Shown here: in pieces, positions 15,401 to 28,817 of the stretch
Numbering within the stretch: the stretch's first letter is position 1
Layout of the letters: the number at the start of each line of letters is the position of its first letter
Source of the DNA: Neocallimastix sp. 'constans'
Lineage: Eukaryota
Reading direction: 5' to 3'
Length of the DNA stretch: 64,000 bases
Assembly (NCBI GenBank): GCA_050613775.1
Contig: JBODTK010000137.1
Span: 310,001-374,000 of the forward strand
Position numbers and translations under genes: made by a program
The notes under the pieces: model-generated
What the model saw: the letters and a program-made list of their open reading frames with translations, nothing else
The model's database searches: none
What the model was told of the DNA's origin: nothing

Positions 15401-16600
15401 TGAATTTTTTGATTTACAAATATGTATAGACCATTTAGAATCTTTAGCAGGCCTTATAAGGCCATCAGAAAGAACTTTGTTGCAAGAAAGTAAAATAGGT
15501 TTATGATCAGAATACCATAAAATGAAGTGTAAACCGAAGTCTTATTAATATGAATTGCCAAAACCTCATTATAGATAACATGATCAATGCAAGATGATCT
15601 AGTACCTTTGGCATAGGTATAATGATTACCATATAAGGGAGCAATATACCAATTAGAAAAATTATTTGAAATGTATGTTTTGATCTTCTTTAATGACAAG
15701 TTAAAATCACCAACTAGGACAGCAGGAACATTTTTTCTATTGTGAAAACGTAACCATTGAGAAAGTTCATCAAAAGCAACTAGTCTTGCTTCCTTCCATT
15801 TGTTTTGAGGAAAGTAGATATTACCAATAGTACATTTTTGATTCCAGAAAGAAGTAATATTTACTGAAATGATATATTTGTATAAAAATGTTTCTTGGAA
15901 GAATGAGCACGAAGAATAAACACCAATAAAGAGTCCTCTCATGCAGGGGGTTTTAGGATTAGCTCTAAGAAAAACTGAGTTGTAATTTGGAATTAATGGT
16001 GATGAAACATCTTTTGGAAGATATTTACTTTTTCCAGTTTCTTGTAAACAGATACATACAGGTTTAAAAATAGAGTTGAGGAATAAAATACTATCACGCT
16101 TTTCAGTATTCCAACCGTTAATATTCCAACTAACACAGAGATTAAAGAAAGAAGAATTTGAATTTAAATGGCTAGATAAAAAATCTTTTGCCATAGGATT
16201 AAGTTCAACATCAATGTTATTAGATTTTCTTGACTTATTCTTTTGTTTAAGTTTATTACACAAGGTCCAGTTAACTTTAACTGTTTCAGGAATTTTATCT
16301 CTTAAGTTAATTTAAAAGATCGAAAAAGTTGAGATCATTTGTGTGTTTATTAACCCTAATAATGAAGTATGAGCAATACCCTGGAGAAAAAAGTTTTTTA
16401 ATATATGGAATAATTTCATAGTAGTTAGGGATCTTACTAATGACTTGAGCCATTAATTTGCTAGGGGACCAAGAATTAAGGTCATGGATAAAAATAAGGT
16501 TATAATTGTTCATATGATTACCGAAGCAGTAGAAATGGTAGAGTGTAGTATCAACTGAGTAAGAAGAACATCCATGTTTAGAGTTTGTTGAGAAAAGAAC
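12393..16600 (-). mobile_element. Decayed LINE (non-LTR retrotransposon): APE endonuclease, reverse transcriptase and C-terminal CCHC zinc knuckle
   Basis: APE motifs in 15454..16263: SWNING, CLQET, GDFN, SCIDH. RT motifs in 14135-15028: KTPGP, IPKKGD, NYRSISL, GVCQGCPLSPILFN, LFADD; YIYLGI follows at 13683-13994. CPCC..HWIFKC in 12851..13228. Poly(A) tail is the T run 12393-12423. Many frameshifts and stops; the 5' end is approximate. Confidence 0.95.
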
Positions 16601-17062
16601 TGACTTAATTTCTATTTAATGCAAATTGATTATAAGGATTGTATACCAAAGAATTATATATAAAATATTAACATTTAAGTTTACTGAATATAAAAGTTAA
16701 TTGTTTCCTATAGAAAAATACAAATACAAAATAATGCTAAAGTAAAAAATACAATAGATTCATTACAATGATAATATGTAGAAACTACATGATATTATTA
16801 ATTATATAACTCCAATGTTACTATATATCCAATTTAAAACAATATAAAACATCAGGTTCACTTTCTATAGTCTTCCAATATTCCATATTTTCCCTCTTCG
16901 TACTAGAAGCCACTTAAGAAAGGATTAATCATCGATTTTCATCAGAATCACAGAAAACTGTGATTAGTATACCTGATATTGGCTATTCCTTTTCTATCAA
17001 CCCTCCATGGACCTGGAAATATAGTCCATATCATTAAAAAAAAAAAATTAACCTTTTTATAT

Positions 17063-17097
<35 letters not shown>

Positions 17098-17293
17098 TAT
17101 ACTATTATTTTAATTAATATTAAAAATGTGGTGAGTTAAATTACAAATTAAAATTAATTAAAATTTTACTTATAACCCACGTTCCGAAATGCATCACATC
17201 CCTTTTACTTTTACAATACATCAAAATAATTTTTTAAAAAAAAAATTATATATTGATTTTACTTTATTTTTAATTTTATTTTATTTCGCTTAT

Positions 17294-17347
<54 letters not shown>

Positions 17348-17383
17348 ATTTTTAAAATATCCTTTATTTCTCTCACTCTCACT

Positions 17384-17414
<31 letters not shown>

Positions 17415-17463
17415 CTATAATTATTACATTCCTTTAATATAAATTTTAAAAGTTTTTACAATA

Positions 17464-17494
<31 letters not shown>

Positions 17495-17725
17495 TTTCAC
17501 TAAAATTAAAAATATAATTAAAAAAAAAAAAAAAAAAAAAAAAGAATAAAAGAATATTTCTATCATCTTTTTACCTATTATATATGCTTGAATTAATAAT
17601 TAATATTATTATAGATTAATTTATGAAAAATATTAAGTAATAACTTTTATTATTATTATTATTATTATTATTATAAGATATAAGATAAATTTATTAGTTA
17701 ATATTAATGAAACTCTCATTATTAC

Positions 17726-17766
<41 letters not shown>

Positions 17767-17970
17767 AATTTCTATCAATACTTTTCATTTATCTTTACCA
17801 TAAAATTAATTATAAAAGTATAATTAAATGATTATTATCAATACTTATTTATTATTGTTAGATTGAATATTACTAATAATTTCATTATTACAAGACTAAT
17901 TATTATTAATATTTTCATTATTATCATTACATTGAATAGTATTATTAATATTTTCATTATCAACACAAGA

Positions 17971-19656
17971 TTAAATATTACCAATATTTCCATTATTATC
18001 ATTACCACTAGACTGAATATTTTTAATATTTTCATCATTACTAGAGTTATGGATATTAACATTTTCATTAGTACTATTATCAATACTATCATTATTATCT
18101 CTAGAATGACTATCATTATTTGTATTTTCAATACTAGTAGACTGATTATTATAAATATTTTCATCATTACCACTAGAATGATTACCATCAATAGTTTCAT
18201 TATTACCATTATATGGATTATTATTATCATTACTGTCATCAGTGTCACTATTGTCATCAGTGTCATTACTGTCATCACTGTCATTACCATCATTACTATC
18301 ATTACTATCATTATCAAGACTAATATTAATTCTAATTGTGGCATTATCATTAGCATCTTGATTAGCAGAGCTTCTAACATTATCATTAGAAGTTATATTA
18401 CTATTTCTAGTATTTGACTGATCTAATTCATCATTCATGGAATAAAGTGAATTCATGGAATTTAATAATAATTCCGCATTAGAAACAGCAGAGTCTTCAT
18501 TTTGTGCAGAATTATTCATGTTATCATTTGGAGATAGCGAATTATGACGGGCATCAACTGGTTGTGTTGAATCAGTGGATAACATTCTAGAATTTAATGA
18601 AGCTACTGTAGGCGGTATAATATCTGATTCATTTTCATCATCTAGTGATTCAATATTATATTGATAAGGTGTAGTAGGATGAGAATAACTTGGTGGAGGT
18701 GTACTTGGTATTTGTGAGCTTCGAAGTGAATATTGTGAAGATCTATGAAGTGATAATCTTGCTTGATCAAAATTTGAATTTAAATTATTATTAATAACAA
18801 TGGGGTATAAAGAATTTGAATTATTATTATTATTATTATCATTATTTGATGAAGCAGAACTTTCACTGTTAGCTCTATTAATAGATGACATTTGTATATT
18901 GACTGTAGGAAATCGATGATAACTTGGAGGCTCACGTAAAGTCGGTACATTAGAACAATGGCTACAATTATCATCATCGTTCAAAAATGTTGATGAAGGA
19001 GGTGAATAAGGAGGTAAAGTCTCAAGATCTGGGTCACGCCTGGTTTCGCTCATATTATTCTCGGGTGCTATTTCATTTAAACGACTTAATTGTGCCTCTT
19101 GAATTGTATACTGTCTATAATAAATATAAATTAAAATCGTCATAAAGAAAAATACAAAAAAATAGCGTTCACTTGAGGAAGCATTTACTTCTCTTGATTG
19201 AACACATTTATTTTCTTCACAAATAACTGTAGGAATATTATTATTTATACATTCTGCAGAAGATTTACATAATGATCTTATTTTTTTAGTTTTTTGGCAA
19301 GTTAAATTATCATCACAATAAAATTCATTAGTACAATTACTACTATCATAAACAAAAGTAGAAGCTGTAAAATAATATGGTGAACAAGGGTCACCAACTT
19401 TTGAAGGAAATACACATTTAAATTCAAAACAAGTTAAACCAGTCTCACAATTATTTTTACCTACACCTCTTTCAATAGGAGAAATATTTTTGTTCAAATT
19501 TAATGTTGAATTATCTACTACACAAGGCTCATTTAACTTTGCTATAGAATAATATTCATTATTAATATAAATTTTTTGGGTATTTATAAGACTATCCGAT
19601 AATACTTTATTGATTAATAATAAATATAAAGTATAAAATAATAATATTAATTTCAT
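17971..19656 (-). CDS. Single-exon type I membrane protein: signal peptide, Cys-rich ectodomain, TM, cytoplasmic PY motifs and Asn/Asp-rich tail
   Basis: 561-aa ORF with a hydrophobic N-terminus, ~12 Cys in the ectodomain, TM YFFVFFFMTILIYIYY, then LPPY, PPSY and PPPSY motifs. Confidence 0.85.
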   Translation of the reverse strand: MKLILLFYTLYLLLINKVLSDSLINTQKIYINNEYYSIAKLNEPCVVDNSTLNLNKNISPIERGVGKNNCETGLTCFEFKCVFPSKVGDPCSPYYFTASTFVYDSSNCTNEFYCDDNLTCQKTKKIRSLCKSSAECINNNIPTVICEENKCVQSREVNASSSERYFFVFFFMTILIYIYYRQYTIQEAQLSRLNEIAPENNMSETRRDPDLETLPPYSPPSSTFLNDDDNCSHCSNVPTLREPPSYHRFPTVNIQMSSINRANSESSASSNNDNNNNNNSNSLYPIVINNNLNSNFDQARLSLHRSSQYSLRSSQIPSTPPPSYSHPTTPYQYNIESLDDENESDIIPPTVASLNSRMLSTDSTQPVDARHNSLSPNDNMNNSAQNEDSAVSNAELLLNSMNSLYSMNDELDQSNTRNSNITSNDNVRSSANQDANDNATIRINISLDNDSNDSNDGNDSDDSNDTDDNSDTDDSNDNNNPYNGNNETIDGNHSSGNDENIYNNQSTSIENTNNDSHSRDNNDSIDNSTNENVNIHNSSNDENIKNIQSSGNDNNGNIGNI

Positions 19657-19926
19657 TTTATTCTTATTGACTTTTTTAATTTTTATTTTATTTTACTTAG
19701 TCATTGACTTAATAAATAATAATAAATTTATTTGTTGATTTATTGGTCTATATTATTATTTTCAAGATTTAAAGTTCTTAATATAAAAATAAATTTATTA
19801 AAATATAATAATATATAATTCTTGTTTTATTTTTTTTTATTATTGTTTTTATTTATTTATATTATATTGTTTTAATATATATTATTAATTCTTGATTTTT
19901 TTGAAATTTTTATTAAATAATATAAT

Positions 19927-19993
<67 letters not shown>

Positions 19994-22220
19994 TTCGAAC
20001 TTATTGAAATTGTTATTTATTTACAAATGTTTCTATAATTTATATATAAATAAAAACAATGAATAAACAAACGTATAAATAAATTATATAAATAAATAAT
20101 TATATTTTACTATTAATATTAATATATATACCTTTAGAAAATTTCAAAAATTATCAAATTGTTATTAGGAATTTCAACAATTTTTGAAATTTTCATATTT
20201 ACCATTGGAATAATTCTATTTCAGTTTTTTTAATTTTGATTACTTCAATGTTATTCCATAACTATGGAAGAAATGAACAATATTTAATATACAATTTTTT
20301 TTTAAAATTAATTTATTTATGTATTTTTTAATAATTGATAAATAAATAAATAAATATATTCCCTCTTAAATTTCAAAAATAAATATAAAATATTATATAT
20401 ATATATATTTTATGTAAACTTTTTTGAATTGAAAAAATAAAAAAATAAATAATTTTTTTTTTTTTTTATTTAAAAAAAATATTTTATTTACTACCTTCTT
20501 TTTTTTCCCCAAACATTCTTTGGTATTGAAAATAATATTTTTATTTAAAATTTAATGAAAATTTTTATATATTTCAATAAATTTCAAATATTTTACACTT
20601 TACTATATAGATTTCAATAATAGATTACTATATAAGTTGTAAAAATATATATATATTATTTTTTAAGAATTTTTATTTACTTTATTTTATTTTATTTTAT
20701 TTTTTTTTGGGATAAAAAAAGGAAAGAAAATTGAAAAATTTTTTTGTAAAACCTTTTTTTTTCATTATATTAACACATTATTTATTAATATTTTTATGAC
20801 ATGTAAAATATCATTTATCTAAATTTATATATTGAAATATTACAAATAATTAAATATATATATATATAGATAGATTAATAAAAAAAATACTAATAAAATA
20901 ATATATAAAAAAAAAATTATAGTTAAGTAATAATTTATAATTAATTAAAACATTTAAATAAATGAATAGATAAATATAATTTAGATAAATATAATAATTA
21001 ATATAATAAATAAATTAATAAGTAAAAATAAAAACAATTATTATAGATAATTTTTGTTAATTAATTATTCTTGTAATAATAAAAAAACTAACATAAATAA
21101 AAAATAATAGTAACTTTAATATTTTCAATTATTCGATACATTAAAATATTCTATCACATAAAAGTATTAATATATGTAGTACAAATTAATTAATATATAT
21201 CAATATATATTACAGTATAGACAAAAAGCAATTCAACAAACAAAAAAACCGAAATCCAATAATATTTTAATTAATTAATTAAGAGATTTGAAATTAATTA
21301 ATTTTAATTCTATCCTTTAATAGAGTTAAAAACTTTATTTATTAATTTTATTAATAAATTTCTTTTTTTTTAAAAGTTAATTTTTTTAATTTTATTTTAT
21401 TATTTAATTTATTTATTATAATTTAAAACTAAAACAAATACAACAACGATAAGCATTAAAGAAGTTCTATTCATCTATTATCTAATTAATTATTATTTAA
21501 TTATTTATTATTTATTACTCAAATATTTATTATTCAAATATTTATTATTCAAATATTTATTATTTATTATTCAATTCTTTATTCTTTATTCTTTATTATT
21601 TATTATTATCTATTATCTTTTTATATCACGTGAGAACTTATTATTACATATAATATTAATTTTTATGATTGATATAAATAATTTTGTATTTATTAAGATT
21701 TTAAATAATTTTATAAAAACAAGTATTATTCTGAAATCAATATTTTTTTTAACGAATATTTAATATTAACATTCTTTAATATATATATTAACTATTGTTT
21801 TAATCATTTCAAGTTCTTTGCATATAATATTTTAAATTATAACAATTAAATGAAGGTTTTAAAATTTTATTTCATTTTATTATCATTTAATTATATTTTA
21901 TTTATTTATATATATATATATATTTTTTATGTATAGATATTACATGAGTAAAAAGTAATATTACAATTTTTTTATATGTTACAGTAGATAAAAAAAAAAA
22001 AAAAAATTCTTTGTAGTTGTTTTTTATAAATTAAAAATGTCACTTAATAGAATTTGTTTTTTTATCTTTTTTTTTTTTTTGTTTTTTTTTTTTTTTGTTT
22101 TTTTTTTGTTTTTTATTAAAATTTTATGAATAAATTTTTATTTTGTGATGATATTATTAAACTCTTTTCTTCTCTTAATGTTACTATTAATTTGATAATT
22201 TATATTTTTTTTCACATTTT

Positions 22221-23593
22221 TTAACTTTCTTCTTCTTCTCGTCCTTCTTCTTCTCCAGTAATTAGTTTACCATCTAATTTTTTAACTTTAGTATTATTTC
22301 TTAGAAAATTCATCTCTCCACGTACCTTCCGAGGTACATTTCTCTTCTAATGGATTTCCAGATAATAGTACATCTTCAAGTTCAGATAAACTGCTCTTTA
22401 ATTTAGTAATTAAATTTAAAAATATTACATTTATTTATAAAATAAAAATAAATTTTATAAAAAATAGTAATGTTATTATTATTATTGAATATTATAATAT
22501 TAACAATATAATGTCATATTACAAAGATAATAATTACTATAATAATCTTTACAGTATTAATGTAATACAAATACTTTTAATAACAAAAACTATAATAATT
22601 ATATCCATAAAATTAATATTTATAAAAATTAATAACATACTACGCATGCTATTCCTTCCCATGCTTTAACTTTATTATTACTAGCATAAAATACTTTTAA
22701 TTTTTTACAACATTCAATTCCATTATATTTTTCAATTAGATTATAATATATCCATAATTCTTCTAAAGTTTCTGATATAGCATCTAAACCATCTATTTTT
22801 TTTAATATTATTTCTTCCCAGAGATAAAATTCTCAATTTTAATCCATTTAAGTTACTTATTTTTTCAATATTATTTGTAGATAATGATAATTGCTTTTTT
22901 ATATAAATATATATGTAATGTTAAAATAAAAAAATGAATATGAATATTTACATATAGAATATATATAAATAAAGAAAAAAAAAGTTAATAATGTTGAATA
23001 TAAATGAATATAAAGATTTTACTTGCTTATTTTTGTATTATAAATAAATATTAGATATTCAATATAAATTTGAATTATTACTCGCAACATTGAAAAGTTT
23101 GAAGCGAAGCATCCATCTTTACTATAAAGGGTTGTTGCATAAATAATTTTATTACCGTAGTTTCTGCTGCGGGAGAACCATATTTTTCTTCCTTTATTTT
23201 TATTAATTTTTTTTTTTTTTTTTATATTTAAACAAAATATATAATAAATATGCAAGGTAAAGAAATTAGTATCTAGATATTACGATTATATAATAAACAG
23301 AAATAACAAATCATAAGAGTTATCTATTGATAATATATATTGATAAAATATTATTAAAAAAAAAAAGTCATTTTCATTTTTTAATTAACGTATTAGTCAT
23401 TAATTTATCAGTTTTATCGAAAAAAGAAAATAAAAATATTCGAAATTACCCATAATTTCAAAGCTTCTTTCGTTATTAAACCCTTTGACTATATTATAAC
23501 ACAATAAATAATAAAGTTATGATAAATATTTTCATTCTTTAAAATTAATATAATATAAATAAAATATTAAAAAATTGTTTAATATTATACCAT
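22221..23593 (-). pseudogene. DNAL1: Axonemal dynein light chain 1 (LC1, LRR) with 3 reading-frame lesions; pseudogene or assembly errors
   Basis: 5 exons give M|SKGLITKEALKLW|EEKYGSPAAETTVIKLFMQQPFIVKMDASL..|[47 protein letters not shown]|..LEDVLLSGNPLEEK..KKLDG, colinear with DNAL1/LC1. Lesions at ~22894, 22796-22803 and 22293-22296. Confidence 0.85.
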
Positions 23594-24614
23594 CTTTTAT
23601 TAAATATATATTTAATGAATCCTCTTTTTAAATATTTATTTATTTTTTATTTATTGATTAAAGTACTCTATTATTAATATTAATTATTTAGTAATAAAAA
23701 AAAAATACATTTGTCAGCATAAAAGGATTAAAAATATATGTACATACATTATTAAAAATTATATATATTTATATATATATTTTAATCTCAGACTATTTAT
23801 ATCTAAATAATAATAATAATATATAATTTTTATATATCAATATATAATCAATTATATATTATCAATATTTAGTATTACTACATATTGACAAAATATATAT
23901 ATATATATATAAAAACTAATCAAATCTACAAAATTTTTTTCTTTATTAATTTTCCAATTATTTATAATTTAAAATTTAAATTTTTTTAATTAAAAATTGA
24001 AACAGTACTCTATAAAAAATAAATATTAAAAAGATATAAAAAGGCTTATACTTTGGTAAAAAATAAAAGATATAAAAATTTTGAAACGAAAGATTAATTC
24101 AATTTATAAAACATAAAATAAAACTAAACATCAAAAAAAAATATTAATTTTATTATATATAATTATAATAATTATAATAAAAACTAATAACAAAAAACAA
24201 AATTTATATAGCTATGAAAAAAGGAAAAATCAACATTTTTAATAAATATAATTAAATGCTCATTTTAATACTAATTTTATTTAAAAAAAAAAAAAAAAAA
24301 TAAAGGATAGAAAAATAATAATTTAATAAATAGAAGAACCTTTTATATAACATCAATATTTCTTTTGTATTATTATTATTTATTAAAATATTACAATAAT
24401 TTGAAGAAAAGAAAAAAAAAAAGAAGTGTCCTCTTTCTGTGAATTACATATATTAAATTCATATATATATTATTATTATTATTATATTTATTCATTTATT
24501 TCTTGTTAACTTTCAATAGCTTAATCATTTTTTATTTCTATTAAAATTGTTTATTTATTTATTTATTATTGTTGTTGGTTTATTTTAATTTATGTTTTAA
24601 TTTTACAATTTATT

Positions 24615-24898
24615 TTATTCCTTTTCCTTTTTATTTTGCATTTCTTTTTTTAATTTACTTCGTTTTTTCAATTCTGTAACAAATAGAATATAACCTTCAA
24701 CAAAACGTCTTGGTATTCTTCTGTAAAAACTTAATCTATATTTATGATCTCCATGAAATTGTAAATTAAATGGCTTTAACGTTTTATTACATTGTTGTGT
24801 AAATCTAAGAAATGTTTTGGATACCAATTAAAATATCAAATAAAATTTATTTAAAATTATTATTTTTACATTTTAAAATCCTGTTAATTATTATTACA

Positions 24899-24932
<34 letters not shown>

Positions 24933-25743
24933 CATTGTAATAAAAAATAAATAAATAAAAATAAAAATAAAAATAAAAAAAGTATAAAAAAAAATATAAC
25001 GAATATTATGAAAAATAATTACTTTGAAGGTCCATTTAATTTTCGTTGAATTTTTCCAGTTAGTAAGTAATATAAACCGATAGATGATGTTATTAACAGG
25101 CATATTGTATATATTTTATTTCTCTTATATCCCTATAATTATTACAATAATATCAATAATTAATAATATACATTTGAAAAGAAATATATTTTATATTTTA
25201 TATTATTATCTTTGTTTTTTTTTAAATAAATAAATAAATAAAATAAAATAAAATAAAAAAATAAAAAAAAAAAAGAGAAAGTTTTAATTATACATTTATT
25301 ATAAATTTTCATAACTTACCAAAACTTCTCCATTTTCTTCATTATATATAGTTGTTGAATTTTTATAAGTTACAAAGCACCATAAAAAATATCCCAAAAA
25401 TATAGACCATATTGCTGTTATTACTGTTATAAATAAATATATATCAATAATATAAATATTAATTTATAATCAATTTTTAATTTAAAATTAAATTAACTTT
25501 TATATTTACTTCTATAATTTCTTTGGATTTTCTTTATTTGTAGAAGATTTTGCTTTAATCTTTCTTCAAATATGTATATATCTATTTTCAATAAAAAAAA
25601 AATAAAATAAAATAAAATAAAATAAAAATAAAAGTAAAAATAAAAATTAAAATAAAATAAAAAAAATAAAGAGTATAAAAAATAATTGACATAATTTAAT
25701 ATTAATACATTAAATTTATGTTAAATAATTAATTTATAAATAT

Positions 25744-25801
<58 letters not shown>

Positions 25802-25963
25802 TATACCATAATATGTTTGAACATTTATTTGACCATTCCTTAAATTATGTAATTTTGAAGAACTTGTAGGTTTTTGATTTGAAGTATTATTTGGATTAAA
25901 ATTTTTTGATGCTTGTGCTTTTTCAACTTGAGATATATCCCATACAGGTTGTCTATTTGCCAT
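24615..25963 (-). CDS. SPO7: Spo7/CNEP1R1-like regulatory subunit of the Nem1 phosphatase (5 exons)
   Basis: The spliced product has DIYIFEERLKQNLLQIKKIQRNYR, two TM segments (IITAIWSIFLGYFLWCFV; ICLLITSSIGLYYLLTG) and KIQRKLNGPSKFTQQCNKTLKPFNLQF, resembling the Spo7 layout. GT-AG phases are consistent. Confidence 0.6.
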
Positions 25964-27347
25964 TGTTATTGGTATATTTTTATTATTTTTATAGATATCA
26001 TAAATATATAAAATTATTTTTTTTTATATATTTTTATGTTTAATTTAATATTACTTTTATTTTTATTTTTTCTTTTTTAATTTCCCCCTTTTTCTCTTTA
26101 TTATTATTATTATTATTATTATTATAAATTATTATTAATATGAATATTATTATTGTTTTTGTTATTGTTATTATTTGGTATTTAATATATAAAAAAAAAT
26201 ATTATATTATATTTGATAAAAAAAAAAATATAATCTTATTAGAAATGAAATATTAATTTATTGTATATTATATTTTTTTAAAAAAAAAAAAAATTAATTA
26301 TTTATTTATATTTATTATTATCTTAAATTATTGAAAATAAAATAAAATATTCACATTATATTTGATTCTTCATTTTTAATATTAATAATGAAGATTTAAT
26401 ATTTAAGACTCGAATTTTTATTTTATATGTTAAAAAAAAATTACTAAAAAAAAAAAAATTTTTTTTTCATATATGCATACTATATATATATATATATTTA
26501 TTAATTAAATATATCTAATTATTAAAAATCCAAAAAAATTAGATTTTTAATATTGTGGTAACATTAATTATTTTTTATTTATTTAAAATAGAATAAAAAA
26601 AGTAATGAAATGCATTTCAAAATTAATTTTAAGAATTTTTAGAAGAACAATTACAATTATAATATGTTAAAATTTCAATTTTGAGGTTATTATTTTTATG
26701 ATTTTTCTTTATAAATATATATATTACACCAAATTAATAAAACAATTTATATTATTTTTTTATTAATATTGATTTATTTTACATTTCTATATATATTATT
26801 AAGTTGCATATAATTAAAATTAATTTCAAATATTTTGTTTAAAATTGAATAAAATGTTCATGAAATCATATTTTTTTATAATCATTTATGTAATAATAAA
26901 TATTTATATATATATAAAAGTCATATATATACATATATATATTTAATAAATATCTATAAGAAATTTTAATAGATAGTATAAATAACAAAATCTATTAAGA
27001 AATTATACTTGTTTTAATTGATATGCAAACTTGTTCGTTATGTATAAATTCATTTGTATTTATATCTACTTGAACAAATCATTTTAAGCCTGGTATTTTT
27101 TCTGCCATATCTTGCTACTAAATTTTTTCTACAGCAAGAATTACAGCAAGCTATCCATTGTATTGCAAAAATAAGTACTTGAAATGATAACAATATTTAA
27201 ATATAAAAATATATATAAATTAATAAATATTATTATTATTTTTTTTTCACATATGATAGTATGATATATATGAATATTGTGATAGTATAAATATTAAATA
27301 AATCTTACAAATACTATAAAAATTAAAAAAGAGAAGTAAACTTGATT

Positions 27348-27390
<43 letters not shown>

Positions 27391-27477
27391 ATATTTTATT
27401 CATTTAATCATTTATATTTATTCTTCAATTTTATTATTATTCTTTTCCAAAGTTATATTTTTCGAAATTATTTTCTT

Positions 27478-27509
<32 letters not shown>

Positions 27510-28052
27510 CAATTCCTATTTTTTATTTTAAAATGAATAAAAATTTTAAAAATTTTATTATATCAAATTTATGTACCATTTCAATTTCGATTACTAAAAA
27601 AAAAAAGGTTATTACTTAAAGCTATATTAATTAATAAAATGCGAGTGAATATATTTAATAATATAATTATAGTTTTATATTGAAAATAACTTTAGGTATA
27701 TGGGTATATTAATTATTATAAAATTTTCAATTTTATTCATTGACCTTTATTAAAAATTTTACACTATTACGTAGAAAATTCGTATTATTTAAGAAAATTA
27801 AAAATTTTTGAAAGAATATACCTCACAAAAAAAATTTTTTTTAAAAATTTTTTTTATAAATATTATATTTACTAGATAGGGTTTTATATTTTATTTTTCG
27901 TTTTTTCTTTTTTTTAGAATTTTAAAATCCATGAATTAATGATTTCAGGATTAATATATTATTTAAGAGGAATTGGCAAATAATTATTTATACATTTTAA
28001 ATCATATAATAAATATAAGTATTTTAATAAAAAAAAAAAAAAAAAAAAAAAA

Positions 28053-28772
28053 ATGGCCGAACATCTTGCAAGTATTTTTGGTACAGAAAAGGATAAAGTT
28101 AATTGTAGTTTTTACTATAAGGTATATCAAAATTAAAAAAAAAAGAAAAAAAAAAAAAAAAAGAAAAAAAAAAAAATAATAATAATAATAAATAAATAAA
28201 TAAATAAATAAATAAACAAATAATTTTTTTTTTTTCTTTTATTATTATCTATTAATACTTTTATTCATTTTTCTAAGAAATACTAGTAATTTATATATAT
28301 TTAGATATTTAATTTTCTTCTATCTTGTACAAACCAATAAAACAATTAAAAGAATATATATATAATTAATTAAGTTAAAATTTAATAATAAATAATGAAG
28401 GAAATATAATTAAAATAAAAATAAAAAAAATAATATTAGAATAAAAATTTATATATATATTAGTATTTTTTTTTAATTCATTTAATTGTATTACGATCAT
28501 AAATTATTTTAAAGGTTCATGAAATTATTTCTAGTTTATTAAAAAATAAATCATCAGTAAAAACTGTAAACAACATCCTTTATGAATAAATACTAAATAT
28601 TTAATAAAACATTAATAGGATAATGAATAATTAGAATAAAATTAAATACATATAAAATATGTATTTTTCGAAGTAGAATTCAGGAAATGTAATTTTCAAA
28701 TAATTATATAATTATATATTCTCACTCTCATATATACACAAACACTTATACGCACATACAACCGCGCGCACA

Positions 28773-28817
<45 letters not shown>

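Noticed and set aside
17015..17030. AAATATAGTCCA as a group I intron S element
   Set aside because: No matching P, Q or R elements, and no host gene.
17845..17973. TAA/TAG-to-Gln genetic code reassignment
   Set aside because: U2AF1, IFT57, FYVE, DSK2 and SWI1 end in TAA at plausible C-termini and have no in-frame TAR codons.
17838..18417. Overlapping ORFs 17838..18386 (-) and 17863..18417 (+); likewise 35704-36154, 37611-38015 and 58835-59032
   Set aside because: Alternative-frame or antisense shadows of real, compositionally biased CDSs.
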